A stretch of DNA of 64,000 nucleotides from Lachnospiraceae bacterium (GTDB lineage Bacteria; Bacillota; Clostridia; Lachnospirales; Lachnospiraceae). Positions 46,988-56,431 of the stretch are shown here, piece by piece. Positions within the stretch are counted from its first letter, which is position 1. Every line of letters begins with the position of its first letter. The notes below the pieces were generated by a model. It was not told the DNA's origin, searched no databases, and saw nothing but the letters and a program-made list of their open reading frames with translations. The stretch covers positions 12,318 to 76,317 of the forward strand of contig JAILKW010000022.1 of NCBI GenBank assembly GCA_024693455.1, in the 5' to 3' direction. Both the position numbers and the translations under genes were made by a program.

Positions 46988-47965
46988 ATGGAAATAATAA
47001 AAGACAAAATACAAATAACCGATAAGAATATTTTTTCATACATTGATACGGATGATGTGTTTTGTGATATAGAAACACTTGGTTTTTCTTCTAAAAAAGA
47101 TCCGATCTATATGATAGGGTGTGCTAAGATTATTGATGACAATGCAAAAATCACACTCTTCTTTGCCGGAGACAGAGGCGAAGAAAACAATGTTTTGGAT
47201 GCCTTTTTTAACTATATTAAGGAGGCGGGACGGATCATTACCTATAACGGAGATAATTTTGATCTGCCGTTTATTTCGGACAGAGCCCAAAAATACGGTT
47301 ATTCTTTTTCTTTTGATGAAGTGCCTTCACTTGATATTTTAAAAGAAATAAGAAAGATAAAGAATTTGACCGGTCTTAAAAATTGTAAACAAAAAACAGT
47401 GGAGAAATATTTGGGCATAGATCGCAAGGATAAGTATGATGGCGGCGAATTGATCGGAATATATAAGGCTTATGAACTAAGACCCGAAGATGAGGCAAGA
47501 ACGCTTCTTATACAGCATAACAGGGATGATGTTTTCGGACTTATAAATTTAATGCCGATACTCTCCTATCTTCACCTGAGTGATGCCAAGATATTTATCG
47601 AAGAAACCGATTTTTCCTCCGATAAAGAAATGGTAACCAAGGGGACAATGGATATAAATATACCGACTCCGTTAAGGATCAGTGATCCGGGATATTACAT
47701 TCTGTTTGAAAAAAACAGATTCAGTGCTGTATTTCCCCTGGTAAACGGTCGATTCTGTTATCATTTTTTTGATCATAAAAACTATGTGTATCTGCAAGAG
47801 GAGGATATTGCGGTGCCAAAGGCATTGGCTGCTTCCGTACCAAAAGAACGTAAAGAAAAAGCAACGGCTTTAAATTGCTACAATTACATAGATTGTAATG
47901 AAAAGACACTTACTAATGATCTGCTTAGCCGTTATATAAAAGAAATATTAAGATCAAGGTTTTAA
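46988..47965 (+). CDS. RNase H-like / DEDD exonuclease domain protein (YprB/MrfB-like, RNase_H_2)
   Basis: DIETLGFS (ExoI), ITYNGDNFDLPFI (ExoII), QKTVEKYLGIDR.D and HNRDDV (ExoIII-like). Confidence 0.85.
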   Translation: MEIIKDKIQITDKNIFSYIDTDDVFCDIETLGFSSKKDPIYMIGCAKIIDDNAKITLFFAGDRGEENNVLDAFFNYIKEAGRIITYNGDNFDLPFISDRAQKYGYSFSFDEVPSLDILKEIRKIKNLTGLKNCKQKTVEKYLGIDRKDKYDGGELIGIYKAYELRPEDEARTLLIQHNRDDVFGLINLMPILSYLHLSDAKIFIEETDFSSDKEMVTKGTMDINIPTPLRISDPGYYILFEKNRFSAVFPLVNGRFCYHFFDHKNYVYLQEEDIAVPKALAASVPKERKEKATALNCYNYIDCNEKTLTNDLLSRYIKEILRSRF

Positions 47966-48090
47966 CTCAGTCGGGGTACAAGCTCCGACTGAGTTAAACG
48001 CTCCGCGAGGATGCGCACGGATTCGGACATGAATTTGTCTGCTGAAGCAGACCCGAATCCGGCGCGCAAGACTCGCGAGCGAGTCTTGAC
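47960..48090. repeat. Palindromic element B (REP/REPIN-like multi-hairpin element)
   Basis: TTTAACTCAGTCGG/CCGACTGAGTTAAA 14-bp inverted repeat; nested CGGATTCGG/CCGAATCCG and GTCTGCT/AGCAGAC; CAAGACTCGC/GCGAGTCTTG. Same termini as element A. Confidence 0.8.
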
Positions 48091-48104
48091 TCTGTAAATG
48101 ATGT

Positions 48105-48146
48105 AAATAAAAACATCCCCACCAAAAGGTGGGGATGATATTTTTT
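48105..48146. terminator. Bidirectional intrinsic terminator between the exonuclease gene and cheR
   Basis: CATCCCCACC-AAAA-GGTGGGGATG perfect 10-bp stem flanked by A-rich and T-rich runs. Confidence 0.8.
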
Positions 48147-48930
48147 ATTCTTTGCCTTTCTCATAGAAGAATGAAGATCTTCTGATATATCCAAGCTCTT
48201 TGTAATCCATAACCTGCTCAGTGCTGCCTATGAAAAGAAGTCCGCCGTCTACCAAAGACTTGTTGAACTTATCATAAATATCGCGTTTAGCTTCCTCGGT
48301 GAAGTAAATAACAACATTACGGCATACGATCATATTGCAGCCTGTTGTATAGGTGTCACGAAGAAGATTTCCTTCTTTGAATTCCACTCTGCTCTTGATC
48401 TGATCTGAAATCTGATAAGAATTGCCGACTTTGGTGAAATATTTCTTTTTGAAATCATCCGGTACACTGGCAATACTTTTTTCCGAATAAAGACCGGTCT
48501 TTGCTGTAGCAAGAACCTGTTTGTCGATATCTGTGGCAAGAATTTTAATATCTCTAAGATCAAGATGTCTTGACAATGCCATAACAAGCGAATAAGGCTC
48601 ATCACCGGTTGAGCATGCAGCACTCCAGATCTTAAGACGTTTACCAAACTTGCTGATAAGCTCGGGAATATATTTTTCGTCCATGAGCTTCCACTGATCC
48701 GGATTTCTGTAAAACTCGGAAACATTGATGGTAAGGAAATTGACAAATTCATCAAATACCTCAGTGTTTGAACTTAAAAGCTTTACATAATCGGAATAAG
48801 ACGCACATCCTCTCTTTGTAACGAGGGAATCGATCCTTCTCCTCATCTGTTTCTCTTTGTATGCAGACAGATCGATCTTGGTCAACCTGAATACATCATT
48901 CTTAAATCCATCGTAATTATCAAAAGCCAC
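48145..48930 (-). CDS. cheR: Chemotaxis protein methyltransferase
   Basis: LTINVSEFYRN, IWSAACSTGDEPYSL, ATDID, CRNVVIYF and GLLFIGSTE; GTG start with GGGGAGG RBS. Confidence 0.95.
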   Translation of the reverse strand: MAFDNYDGFKNDVFRLTKIDLSAYKEKQMRRRIDSLVTKRGCASYSDYVKLLSSNTEVFDEFVNFLTINVSEFYRNPDQWKLMDEKYIPELISKFGKRLKIWSAACSTGDEPYSLVMALSRHLDLRDIKILATDIDKQVLATAKTGLYSEKSIASVPDDFKKKYFTKVGNSYQISDQIKSRVEFKEGNLLRDTYTTGCNMIVCRNVVIYFTEEAKRDIYDKFNKSLVDGGLLFIGSTEQVMDYKELGYIRRSSFFYEKGKE

Positions 48931-49059
48931 GATTTTACCTCCCCTTTGTATATAAATAAATTATTATAATTCAAAAATCATAAGTAGTCTATTAGTCGTA
49001 AACTACAAAATCCATCACTTATTATAATATACTTTTGTGTAAAATAAAAGTAAAAAAAT

Positions 49060-49092
49060 AAAAAACCGCAATGAACAAAAAGTCCACTGCGG
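49060..49092 (-). terminator. Intrinsic terminator after rpsA
   Basis: Minus strand CCGCAGTGGAC-TTTTT-GTTCATTGCGG followed by TTTTTT. Confidence 0.75.
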
Positions 49093-49110
49093 CTTATAGT
49101 TTTTTATTGA

Positions 49111-50220
49111 TTATTCAGCTTCTGCTTCAGCGGGTGCTTCAGCTGCGGGAGCTTCGCTTTCATCAGCATCGGGAAGAAGAGCTTTCATTGAAAGTGAAAT
49201 CTTGTGATCACTCTCACGGAACTCAACTATCTTAGCCTCAACCTCCTGTCCTACTGAAAGAACATCTGAAGGCTTATCAACATGATCCTTGGAAATCTGT
49301 GAAACATGAAGAAGTGCATCAACTCCGGGAGCAAGCTCGATGAATGCTCCGAAATCGGTCATACGAGCTACCTTACCCTTAACAACATTGCCAACGGCAA
49401 ATTTGTCTGAAGCGTTGTTCCAAGGGTTGGCATCATCAAACTTCATGGAAAGAGCGATCTTCTTGTCGTTGATATCTTTGATAAATACCTTAACCTGATC
49501 ACCGTTCTTGAAAAGCTTTCCGGGATTATCAACACGACCCCATGACATCTCTGAGATGTGAAGAAGTCCGTCAATACCGCCAAGGTCAACGAATGCACCG
49601 AAGTTGGTAACATTCTTAACTGTACCTTCAATAGTATCTCCGACTTTGATACGTGAAAGAAGCTCTTCCTGTACAGCTGCTCTTTTTGCTGCGATGAGCT
49701 GCTTACGATCACCTATGATACGACGCTTTCTGGGATTGAACTCTGTGATAACAAATTCGATCTCCTGATCTTTGTACTTTGAAAGATCTCTCTCATAGCT
49801 GTCTGATACAAGTGAAGCGGGAATAAATACCCTTGCTTCATCAACAACAACGGAAAGACCACCGTTAAGTACGTTAACAACTTTTGCTGTAAGAACTTCA
49901 TGGTTCTCAAATGCTTCTTCAAGACGTTTATTGCCCTTTTCCTGAGCAAGTCTTCTGTAAGAAAGAATAACCTGTCCTTCACTGTCATTTACTTTGACAA
50001 CCATAGCTTCCATTTCGTCTCCTTCGGAAACTACTGTTGTAAGATCCAGGTTAGAATCTGTAGTGTACTCATTACGTGTAATAACACCGTCTGACTTATA
50101 ACCTATGTTAAGGATGATCTCATCAGGCTTTACCGAGATAACGGTACCGTCAACCACTTCTCCATTTCTTATAGTTTTTAATGACTCCTCCAGCATTTCG
50201 TCAAAACTCATTTCTGACAT
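49111..50220 (-). CDS. rpsA: 30S ribosomal protein S1 (four S1 domains)
   Basis: Repeated S1 domains (FGAFVDLGGIDGLLHISE; FGAFIELAPGVDALLHVSQ); GAGGAGG RBS. Confidence 0.96.
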   Translation of the reverse strand: MSEMSFDEMLEESLKTIRNGEVVDGTVISVKPDEIILNIGYKSDGVITRNEYTTDSNLDLTTVVSEGDEMEAMVVKVNDSEGQVILSYRRLAQEKGNKRLEEAFENHEVLTAKVVNVLNGGLSVVVDEARVFIPASLVSDSYERDLSKYKDQEIEFVITEFNPRKRRIIGDRKQLIAAKRAAVQEELLSRIKVGDTIEGTVKNVTNFGAFVDLGGIDGLLHISEMSWGRVDNPGKLFKNGDQVKVFIKDINDKKIALSMKFDDANPWNNASDKFAVGNVVKGKVARMTDFGAFIELAPGVDALLHVSQISKDHVDKPSDVLSVGQEVEAKIVEFRESDHKISLSMKALLPDADESEAPAAEAPAEAEAE

Positions 50221-51056
50221 TTCTTTGTAACCTCCTCGATAATAATGTCTGGGGTGGATGCCCCGGCTGTAATACCGACTCTTGAAATGGACCTTGGTAC
50301 CGACAAATCTAAATCATCACTTGTCTGTATAAATATAGTATCCTTACAATTCTCCCTGCATATTTCGTATAGTTTTTGCGAGTTAGAACTGCTTTTCCCA
50401 CCAATGACAAGCATCACGTCTACTTCCCCAGCAATTCGTGCTGCCTCTGATTGGCGCTCTTCTGTGGCATTGCAGATTGTATTCAGAGCATAAATATTGT
50501 ACCCTTTTTGTTTCAATATTTCAACTAATTCTTTAAATTTCTTGACACGGAATGTGGTTTGTGCAACCAGATAGTATTCCTCGTTGGTATTTCCGTTAAA
50601 ATTATTGGCTTCTTCTTCGGAGGAAATAACGGATATTTTATCGGTCTTGCACCAGCCGACAATACCTTTTACTTCAGGATGATCCGGATCTCCGAGTACA
50701 ATAATATGCTTTTGATCACGGGATTGTGTTGCGACCGTATTATGGATCTTGGCGACAAAGGGACAGGTGGCGTCAACTATTTTATGACCTGCGGCCTTTA
50801 TCTCATTAAGTTTTGCTTCGGTAACGCCATGACTTCTTATAACAACGGTTCCGGCCTCATATGAAGAAGGATCTTTATCCTCTTCCATCATAAGAACACC
50901 CTTTTCGGCAAGCATATTTACAACGTATTCGTTATGTATGAGCGGGCCGAATGTGTAAAGATTGGAATTGTTTTTTTTTGTTTCTTCAAGAACAATATCG
51001 AGTGCTCTTTTAACCCCGAAGCAAAATCCCGCATGTTTTGCAAGTATGACCTCCAT
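50208..51056 (-). CDS. ispH: 4-hydroxy-3-methylbut-2-enyl diphosphate reductase
   Basis: AGFCFGVKRA, IHN, SHG, DATCPFV, HPEV, TICNAT.ERQ, SSNS and GITAGASTP. Confidence 0.96.
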   Translation of the reverse strand: MEVILAKHAGFCFGVKRALDIVLEETKKNNSNLYTFGPLIHNEYVVNMLAEKGVLMMEEDKDPSSYEAGTVVIRSHGVTEAKLNEIKAAGHKIVDATCPFVAKIHNTVATQSRDQKHIIVLGDPDHPEVKGIVGWCKTDKISVISSEEEANNFNGNTNEEYYLVAQTTFRVKKFKELVEILKQKGYNIYALNTICNATEERQSEAARIAGEVDVMLVIGGKSSSNSQKLYEICRENCKDTIFIQTSDDLDLSVPRSISRVGITAGASTPDIIIEEVTKKCQK

Positions 51057-51727
51057 CAGTCGATCACTCCCTTTGTGCGACAGATGCCAAGAACCGCATT
51101 TATTACTTCTTCTATGTTCATGTCGGATGAATCCAGAAGAATTGCGTCTTCGGCCTGAACAAGGGGTGATATTTCTCTTGTCATATCCTGATGATCTCTT
51201 GCTGCGATATCGGCTATGATCGTATTAAGATCTGCTTTTTCGCCTTTTTCGGTAAGTTCTTTGTAACGCCTCTCTCCTCTTGCCTGTTCGGAGGCTGTAA
51301 GATATATTTTAACCTCGGCATTGGGCAGAACCGCACTGCCGATATCACGTCCGTCCATAACTACGTTTTGTTTAACTGCAAGATCTTTTTGAAGCTGCGT
51401 AAGCTTTGTACGTACGGAAGAAAAACGGCTTACGGAAGAAGCCATATTTCCTGCCTCTTCTGTCCGAAGAAGGCCGGTAACATCTTCTTCTCCGAGAAAT
51501 ACTCTTTGAGCTCCGTCTATGTATTTAATGTCAACGGTTGCGCCAGGCATTGCGTTATCAATGGCAGCTTCGTCTGATGGGTCAATTCCGAGTCTTGAAA
51601 GGTAAATACCTATGGCCCGATACATTGCTCCCGTATCAACATATACGAATCCAAGTTCTTTTGAAACCGCTTTTGCGATCGTGCTTTTGCCGGCGCCCGC
51701 CGGTCCGTCTATTGCTATATTTATCAT
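51056..51727 (-). CDS. cmk: Cytidylate kinase
   Basis: IAIDGPAGAGKST, DTGAMYR and MDGRDIG. Confidence 0.96.
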   Translation of the reverse strand: MINIAIDGPAGAGKSTIAKAVSKELGFVYVDTGAMYRAIGIYLSRLGIDPSDEAAIDNAMPGATVDIKYIDGAQRVFLGEEDVTGLLRTEEAGNMASSVSRFSSVRTKLTQLQKDLAVKQNVVMDGRDIGSAVLPNAEVKIYLTASEQARGERRYKELTEKGEKADLNTIIADIAARDHQDMTREISPLVQAEDAILLDSSDMNIEEVINAVLGICRTKGVID

Positions 51728-52953
51728 ATACTTCCTCCTGCAAGATATCCCATTGAAACAGCGCATTGTATGTTAAATCCACCCGTAAGAGCATCTATGT
51801 CGAGTACCTCTCCCGCGAAGGAAAGTCCGCTTATTTTTTTGACTTTCATGCTTTTGGGATCCAGTTGTTTTACTGCTATTCCGCCCTGGGTAATTATGGC
51901 TTCATTAAAACCTCTTACGCCTGTAATGTCAAGTTTGAATTCTTTTAATAATGAGAGAATGCGTTTCCTCTCCTCTTTTGTTATATCAGCCAGATTTTTA
52001 TCTTTATCTATACCTGATAATAATATGGCTTCGTTTATCAGCTTCGATGGCAAAAGTCCCTCAAAGAATCTGGAAAATGAACGTTTGGGATGTTCGTTTA
52101 TTATTTTAAGAAGTCGTTTGTCAAGCTCCTCCCGGGGAATTGCCGGTTTAAGGTCAATAATGGCATGAAGCTTATTTGTGTCAAGATATTTGCCGCAAAA
52201 TGAGGATGCGGAAAGTACCACCGGCCCGGAGATCCCAAAGTGAGTAAAAAGCATTTCTCCGAAGTCTTTATAGATTATCTTGTCATTTTCAAGTGCTACG
52301 GAAAAATTAATGTTTTTAAGTGAAAGACCCTGGAGTCTTTGACAGGTTTCGCCTTCGCATTCAAAAGGGACAAGGGCGGGACGAAGCGGACTTATCTTAA
52401 GTCCCAGGTCTTTTGCAAAAGTAAATCCATCGCCCGTAGAGCCTGTTGACGGATAGGAAAGACCGCCTGTTGCCACGATCACATGATCGGCATCAAGTCG
52501 TTTTTTATCATCTGTCAATACTCCTTTGCAGGTTTCGTTTTGAACGATGATTGAAGTTGCTTTTGTGCTTAATAATATATTGACTCCGAGATCAGACATG
52601 GCATTGGAAAGCGCTTTGGTAACATCCGAAGCATGATCCGAAAGAGGAAAAAGCCGCCTCCCGCGTTCAGCCTTTGTCTTACAACCGTAGTCGTTTAAAA
52701 GTTTTGTAAAATCATCATTGGTGAAGTTATTCAAAGCGGAATACATAAATTTTGGATTGGATACGATATTATCAAAATAATCTTTTATATCGACTCCGTT
52801 TGAATAATTGCATCGTCCTTTTCCGGTGATATAAAGCTTTTTCCCGAGCTTTTCGTTGGCTTCAATAAGGGTTACACTGTTCTTGTTTTTGGCTGCCGCT
52901 ATTGCTGCCGACATTCCTGCGGGTCCACCGCCTATAATTATGACTTTTTTCAC
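51724..52953 (-). CDS. HI0933/BaiN family NAD(P)/FAD-dependent flavoprotein
   Basis: IIGGGPAGM, GKKLYITGKGRCN, ATGGLSYPSTGSTGDG, LFTHFGISGP and GEVLDIDALTGGFN. Confidence 0.92.
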   Translation of the reverse strand: MKKVIIIGGGPAGMSAAIAAAKNKNSVTLIEANEKLGKKLYITGKGRCNYSNGVDIKDYFDNIVSNPKFMYSALNNFTNDDFTKLLNDYGCKTKAERGRRLFPLSDHASDVTKALSNAMSDLGVNILLSTKATSIIVQNETCKGVLTDDKKRLDADHVIVATGGLSYPSTGSTGDGFTFAKDLGLKISPLRPALVPFECEGETCQRLQGLSLKNINFSVALENDKIIYKDFGEMLFTHFGISGPVVLSASSFCGKYLDTNKLHAIIDLKPAIPREELDKRLLKIINEHPKRSFSRFFEGLLPSKLINEAILLSGIDKDKNLADITKEERKRILSLLKEFKLDITGVRGFNEAIITQGGIAVKQLDPKSMKVKKISGLSFAGEVLDIDALTGGFNIQCAVSMGYLAGGSI

Positions 52954-53870
52954 ATTATATCCTCCGGTATGTCATTGTACTGCATCCGTATGGAATCATT
53001 GGCCCTGGAAAGCTCGTCATTTTCATAAAACTGATAATCATCCCAAACTTTTTCAAGCGCATCCATCCTGTCTGCGATCTCGTTTTTTCGTTTTACACAC
53101 AGAGAAACTATGAGTGCGTTAATAACGGAAAGCGGAGCTACAAGGGAATCAACCACTGAAAACATACCGCTTTTGGCTATAAGATTACATGAAGAATAGA
53201 GGTTCATCGGTGAATTGGGACTGTCGGTTATGGTGATTACTTTTGCTCTCCTGCTGTTGGCAAATTCCATGGCTTTAAGTGTTCGCATGGAATACCTTGG
53301 AAAACTTATACCTATAATGGCATCGTTTTCACCTATTCTTATCATCTGTTCAAAAAGTTCGCTTGTATTTGTTGTTGATATAAGGATCACGTCATCAAAC
53401 ATCATATCCAGATAAAAGGCTAAAAATGATGCGATGGCGGAACAGCTTCGGATTCCGATAATATAAATTTTTTTGGCATTTAGCAAAACATCGACAGCCA
53501 TATCAAAGGATGCATTATCGATCTCTTCCATCGTTCTTTTTATTTTTTCAATATCGGAATGCATGACGGAGGAAAGAGTATTGCTTTTTGAAGATTCAAG
53601 GGCGGATGGTTCGGCATTGGTGACGGATAGTTTTGATTGAACCATATCGGCCATGGCTTCCTGAAGTTTTGGAAAACCGCTGTATCCGAGTTTTGTCGCA
53701 AATCGTACTACCGTACTTTCACTTACACTGCAAACCCGGCCTATTTCCGCTGCGGTCAAAAAGGCCGCTTCGTCAAGAGAATCCGTTATAAAGCTGGCTA
53801 TTGTTTTATGCCCTTTGGAAAGCCGGCTGTATTCCTTGTTAATCCGTTGCATTAAATCACTGTTTTGCAT
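52950..53870 (-). CDS. MurR/RpiR family transcriptional regulator
   Basis: HTH VSESTVVRFATKLGYSGF plus a SIS domain (ISFPRYS, ITDS..SP). Confidence 0.92.
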   Translation of the reverse strand: MQNSDLMQRINKEYSRLSKGHKTIASFITDSLDEAAFLTAAEIGRVCSVSESTVVRFATKLGYSGFPKLQEAMADMVQSKLSVTNAEPSALESSKSNTLSSVMHSDIEKIKRTMEEIDNASFDMAVDVLLNAKKIYIIGIRSCSAIASFLAFYLDMMFDDVILISTTNTSELFEQMIRIGENDAIIGISFPRYSMRTLKAMEFANSRRAKVITITDSPNSPMNLYSSCNLIAKSGMFSVVDSLVAPLSVINALIVSLCVKRKNEIADRMDALEKVWDDYQFYENDELSRANDSIRMQYNDIPEDIM

Positions 53871-53885
53871 ACAAACACCTGCGAT

Positions 53886-53913
53886 AAACAAAAGCGCCAC
53901 ATAATGTGACGCT
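53886..53913 (-). terminator. Probable terminator after pnp
   Basis: Minus strand AGCGTCACA-TTA-TGTGGCGCT followed by TTTGTTT. Confidence 0.55.
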
Positions 53914-53923
53914 GTAAATAACT

Positions 53924-56011
53924 TTAATCGTTAACATCTTTGATGGAGAAACTGATCCTTCCCATCTTATCTTTTCCGAGGCAGACAACTCTGACCTCAT
54001 CACCGAGTGAAAGAACATCTTCCACCTTGTCAATACGCTCTTTGGCAATCTTGGAAATATGAACCATTCCTTCTTTGCCGGGAGCAAATTCAACAAAGGC
54101 GCCAAATTCTTTGATAGATACAACAGTACCTGTCAGGATCTGTCCTTTTACAAAATCAGATGTAATAATATCGATCATCTTGAGTGCATTTTGTATCTTG
54201 TCAATATCTGTACCGCAAACGGAAACAGCTCCGTCATCAGTGATATCGATCTTGACGTCACATCTGTCGATGATCTCGTTGATTGTCTTACCTCTTGCAC
54301 CGACAACTTCACCGATCTTCTCGGGATCGATCTGAATCTGTACGATCTTGGGTGCATAGGGAGAAAGTTCTTTTCTGGGCTCAGCTATAGCCTTGCTCAT
54401 ACATTCATCCATGATGAAAAGTCTTGCCTCATGGGCACGCTTAATAGCTTCCTCTACTATCGGACGGGTAAGTCCGTGGATCTTTATATCCATCTGAATG
54501 GCTGTGATACCCTTCTTCGTACCTGTTACCTTAAAGTCCATGTCTCCGAAGAAGTCCTCAAGTCCCTGAATATCGGTAAGGATAAGGTAGTCATCATCAC
54601 TCTCTCCGGTAACAAGTCCGCATGAGATACCTGCAACCATAGCCTTAAGAGGAACACCTGCAGCCATAAGTGACATACATGATGCACATGTTGATGCCAT
54701 GGAAGTTGAACCGTTACTTTCAAATGTCTCGGAAACCGCACGGATCGAATAAGGGAATTCTGCTGTGTCGGGAAGCACCGGAATAAGCGCTTTCTCGGCA
54801 AGAGCTCCGTGACCGATCTCTCTTCTTCCCGGTCCTCTTGAAGGTTTGGTCTCTCCAACGGAATATGAGGGGAAGTTGTACTGATGTATGTATCTTTTTT
54901 CTACAATGTTAGGATCAAGGCCTTCCACACGCTGAGCTTCGGAAAGCGGAGCAAGTGTAACTATATCACAGATCTGTGTCTGTCCTCTTGTAAACATGGC
55001 ACTTCCGTGTACACGGGGAACAAGATCTATTTCTGCGGATAAAGGTCTGATCTGATCGATAGCCCTGTTATCGGGACGCTTATGATCAACGAGGATCATC
55101 TTGCGTACTGTCTTTTTCTCATACTGATAAATAGCTTCTCCGAGAACCGCAAGAGCTTCTTCATCATCTGCAAAAGCTGCTTCAAGTTCTTCGGTTATCT
55201 TTCTGATATTTTCTTCACGAAGCTGTTTTTCATCTGTAAATACCGCTTCTTCCATTCTTTCGGGAGGAACGATAGATTTGATCTTTGCGAAGATCTCATC
55301 ACTTATAGCACAGCTCTCATAGCTGAACTTGCTCTTTCCGACTTCATCCATCATCTGATGAATAAGTTTTAAAATAGAAAGGTTTACATCATGAGCCTGA
55401 TAAATTGCTGCTATCATATCTTCATCAGAAATCTCATTTGCTCCGGCTTCTATCATGATGACTTTTTCGTCGGTAGAAGCAACTGTAAGCTGTAAATCTC
55501 CGTTGTCCCACTCTTCCTGAGAGGGATTAACAATGATCTGGCCGTCAACCATACCAAGCTGTGTCATACAGCAAGGTCCTTCAAAAGGAATATCCGAAAT
55601 AGCTGTTGCCATTGCTGTTCCTATCATAGCAACAAGCTCGGGACGGGCTGAAGGATCCACGGAAAGAACGAGGTTATTTAAGGTTACATCATTCCTGAAA
55701 TCTTTGGGGAACAAAGGACGCATCGGACGGTCAATTACTCTTGCCGTAAGAACTGCGTTCTCGGATGCCTTTCCTTCTCTTTTGTTAAATCCTCCGGGGA
55801 ATTTTCCTACGGAATAATACTTTTCTTCAAATTCTACTGAAAGAGGGAAAAAGTCTATTCCTTCTCTCGGCTTATCGGAAGCGGTGGCTGTTGAAAGTAC
55901 CATCGTCTCGCCGTAGCTTATAAGAACCGCTCCGTTTGCCTGAGCAGCAACCTTGCCAACCTCGATCTTAAGTTCTCTGCCGGCAAGATCCATCGTATAT
56001 GTTTTTACCAT
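53924..56011 (-). CDS. pnp: Polyribonucleotide nucleotidyltransferase
   Basis: DFFPLSV, RVIDRPMRP, FTRGQTQ, RREIGHG, ESNGSTSMAS and GDMDFKV, plus KH and S1 domains. Confidence 0.98.
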   Translation of the reverse strand: MVKTYTMDLAGRELKIEVGKVAAQANGAVLISYGETMVLSTATASDKPREGIDFFPLSVEFEEKYYSVGKFPGGFNKREGKASENAVLTARVIDRPMRPLFPKDFRNDVTLNNLVLSVDPSARPELVAMIGTAMATAISDIPFEGPCCMTQLGMVDGQIIVNPSQEEWDNGDLQLTVASTDEKVIMIEAGANEISDEDMIAAIYQAHDVNLSILKLIHQMMDEVGKSKFSYESCAISDEIFAKIKSIVPPERMEEAVFTDEKQLREENIRKITEELEAAFADDEEALAVLGEAIYQYEKKTVRKMILVDHKRPDNRAIDQIRPLSAEIDLVPRVHGSAMFTRGQTQICDIVTLAPLSEAQRVEGLDPNIVEKRYIHQYNFPSYSVGETKPSRGPGRREIGHGALAEKALIPVLPDTAEFPYSIRAVSETFESNGSTSMASTCASCMSLMAAGVPLKAMVAGISCGLVTGESDDDYLILTDIQGLEDFFGDMDFKVTGTKKGITAIQMDIKIHGLTRPIVEEAIKRAHEARLFIMDECMSKAIAEPRKELSPYAPKIVQIQIDPEKIGEVVGARGKTINEIIDRCDVKIDITDDGAVSVCGTDIDKIQNALKMIDIITSDFVKGQILTGTVVSIKEFGAFVEFAPGKEGMVHISKIAKERIDKVEDVLSLGDEVRVVCLGKDKMGRISFSIKDVND

Positions 56012-56025
56012 GAAAATATCTCCCT

Positions 56026-56292
56026 TTACTTACGAAGTCCAAGCTTTTCAATAAGAGTACGATAACGCTCGATATCTTTCTTCTTAAGATATCCAAGAAG
56101 ATTTCTTCTCTTACCAACCATCTTAAGAAGTCCGCGTCTTGAATGATGATCCTTGGGATTCTTTTTAAGATGCTCTGTAAGCTCACTGATACGTGCTGTA
56201 AGTATAGCAACCTGTACCTCGGGTGAACCTGTATCACCTGATGTTCTTGCGTACTCGTTCATTACATTTTGTTTTTTCTCTTTTGTGATCAT
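56026..56292 (-). CDS. rpsO: 30S ribosomal protein S15
   Basis: [10 protein letters not shown] and [17 protein letters not shown]; GGAGG RBS before ATG 56292. Confidence 0.98.
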   Translation of the reverse strand: MITKEKKQNVMNEYARTSGDTGSPEVQVAILTARISELTEHLKKNPKDHHSRRGLLKMVGKRRNLLGYLKKKDIERYRTLIEKLGLRK

Positions 56293-56298
56293 GATTTT

Positions 56299-56371
56299 CC
56301 TCCTTTGATCTGTGACATCCTTCACGAAGTAACCGCTTTCAAGGAGCTCGAATTACTGCGCTCGGATCAAA
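56299..56371 (-). promoter_or_regulatory. Putative S15 autoregulatory leader (three-helix junction adjoining the RBS)
   Basis: In the mRNA, UUUGAUC/GAUCAAA closes AGUAAUU/GGUUACU and GUGA/UCAC helices directly before GGAGG. rpsO leaders of this kind are known in Firmicutes. Confidence 0.65.
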
Positions 56372-56402
56372 TTGTTATATGTGCAAATCGCGCACGAAGT
56401 GC

Positions 56403-56431
56403 ATTATACCATTATTTTGAGAAATATGCAA
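56403..56431 (-). promoter_or_regulatory. Sigma-A promoter for rpsO-pnp, overlapping the ribF 3' end
   Basis: TTGCAT (56431-26), 17-bp spacer, TGg-TATAAT (56408-03). Confidence 0.7.

Noticed and set aside
46883-48090. CRISPR array or integron attC array
   Set aside because: There are only two units with unequal cores, no regular spacers, no cas or integrase gene and no GTTRRRY/RYYYAAC ends.
47994-48194. 66-aa minus-strand ORF
   Set aside because: It runs through palindromic element B and the terminator and overlaps the cheR end; most likely a by-product of the GC-rich repeat.
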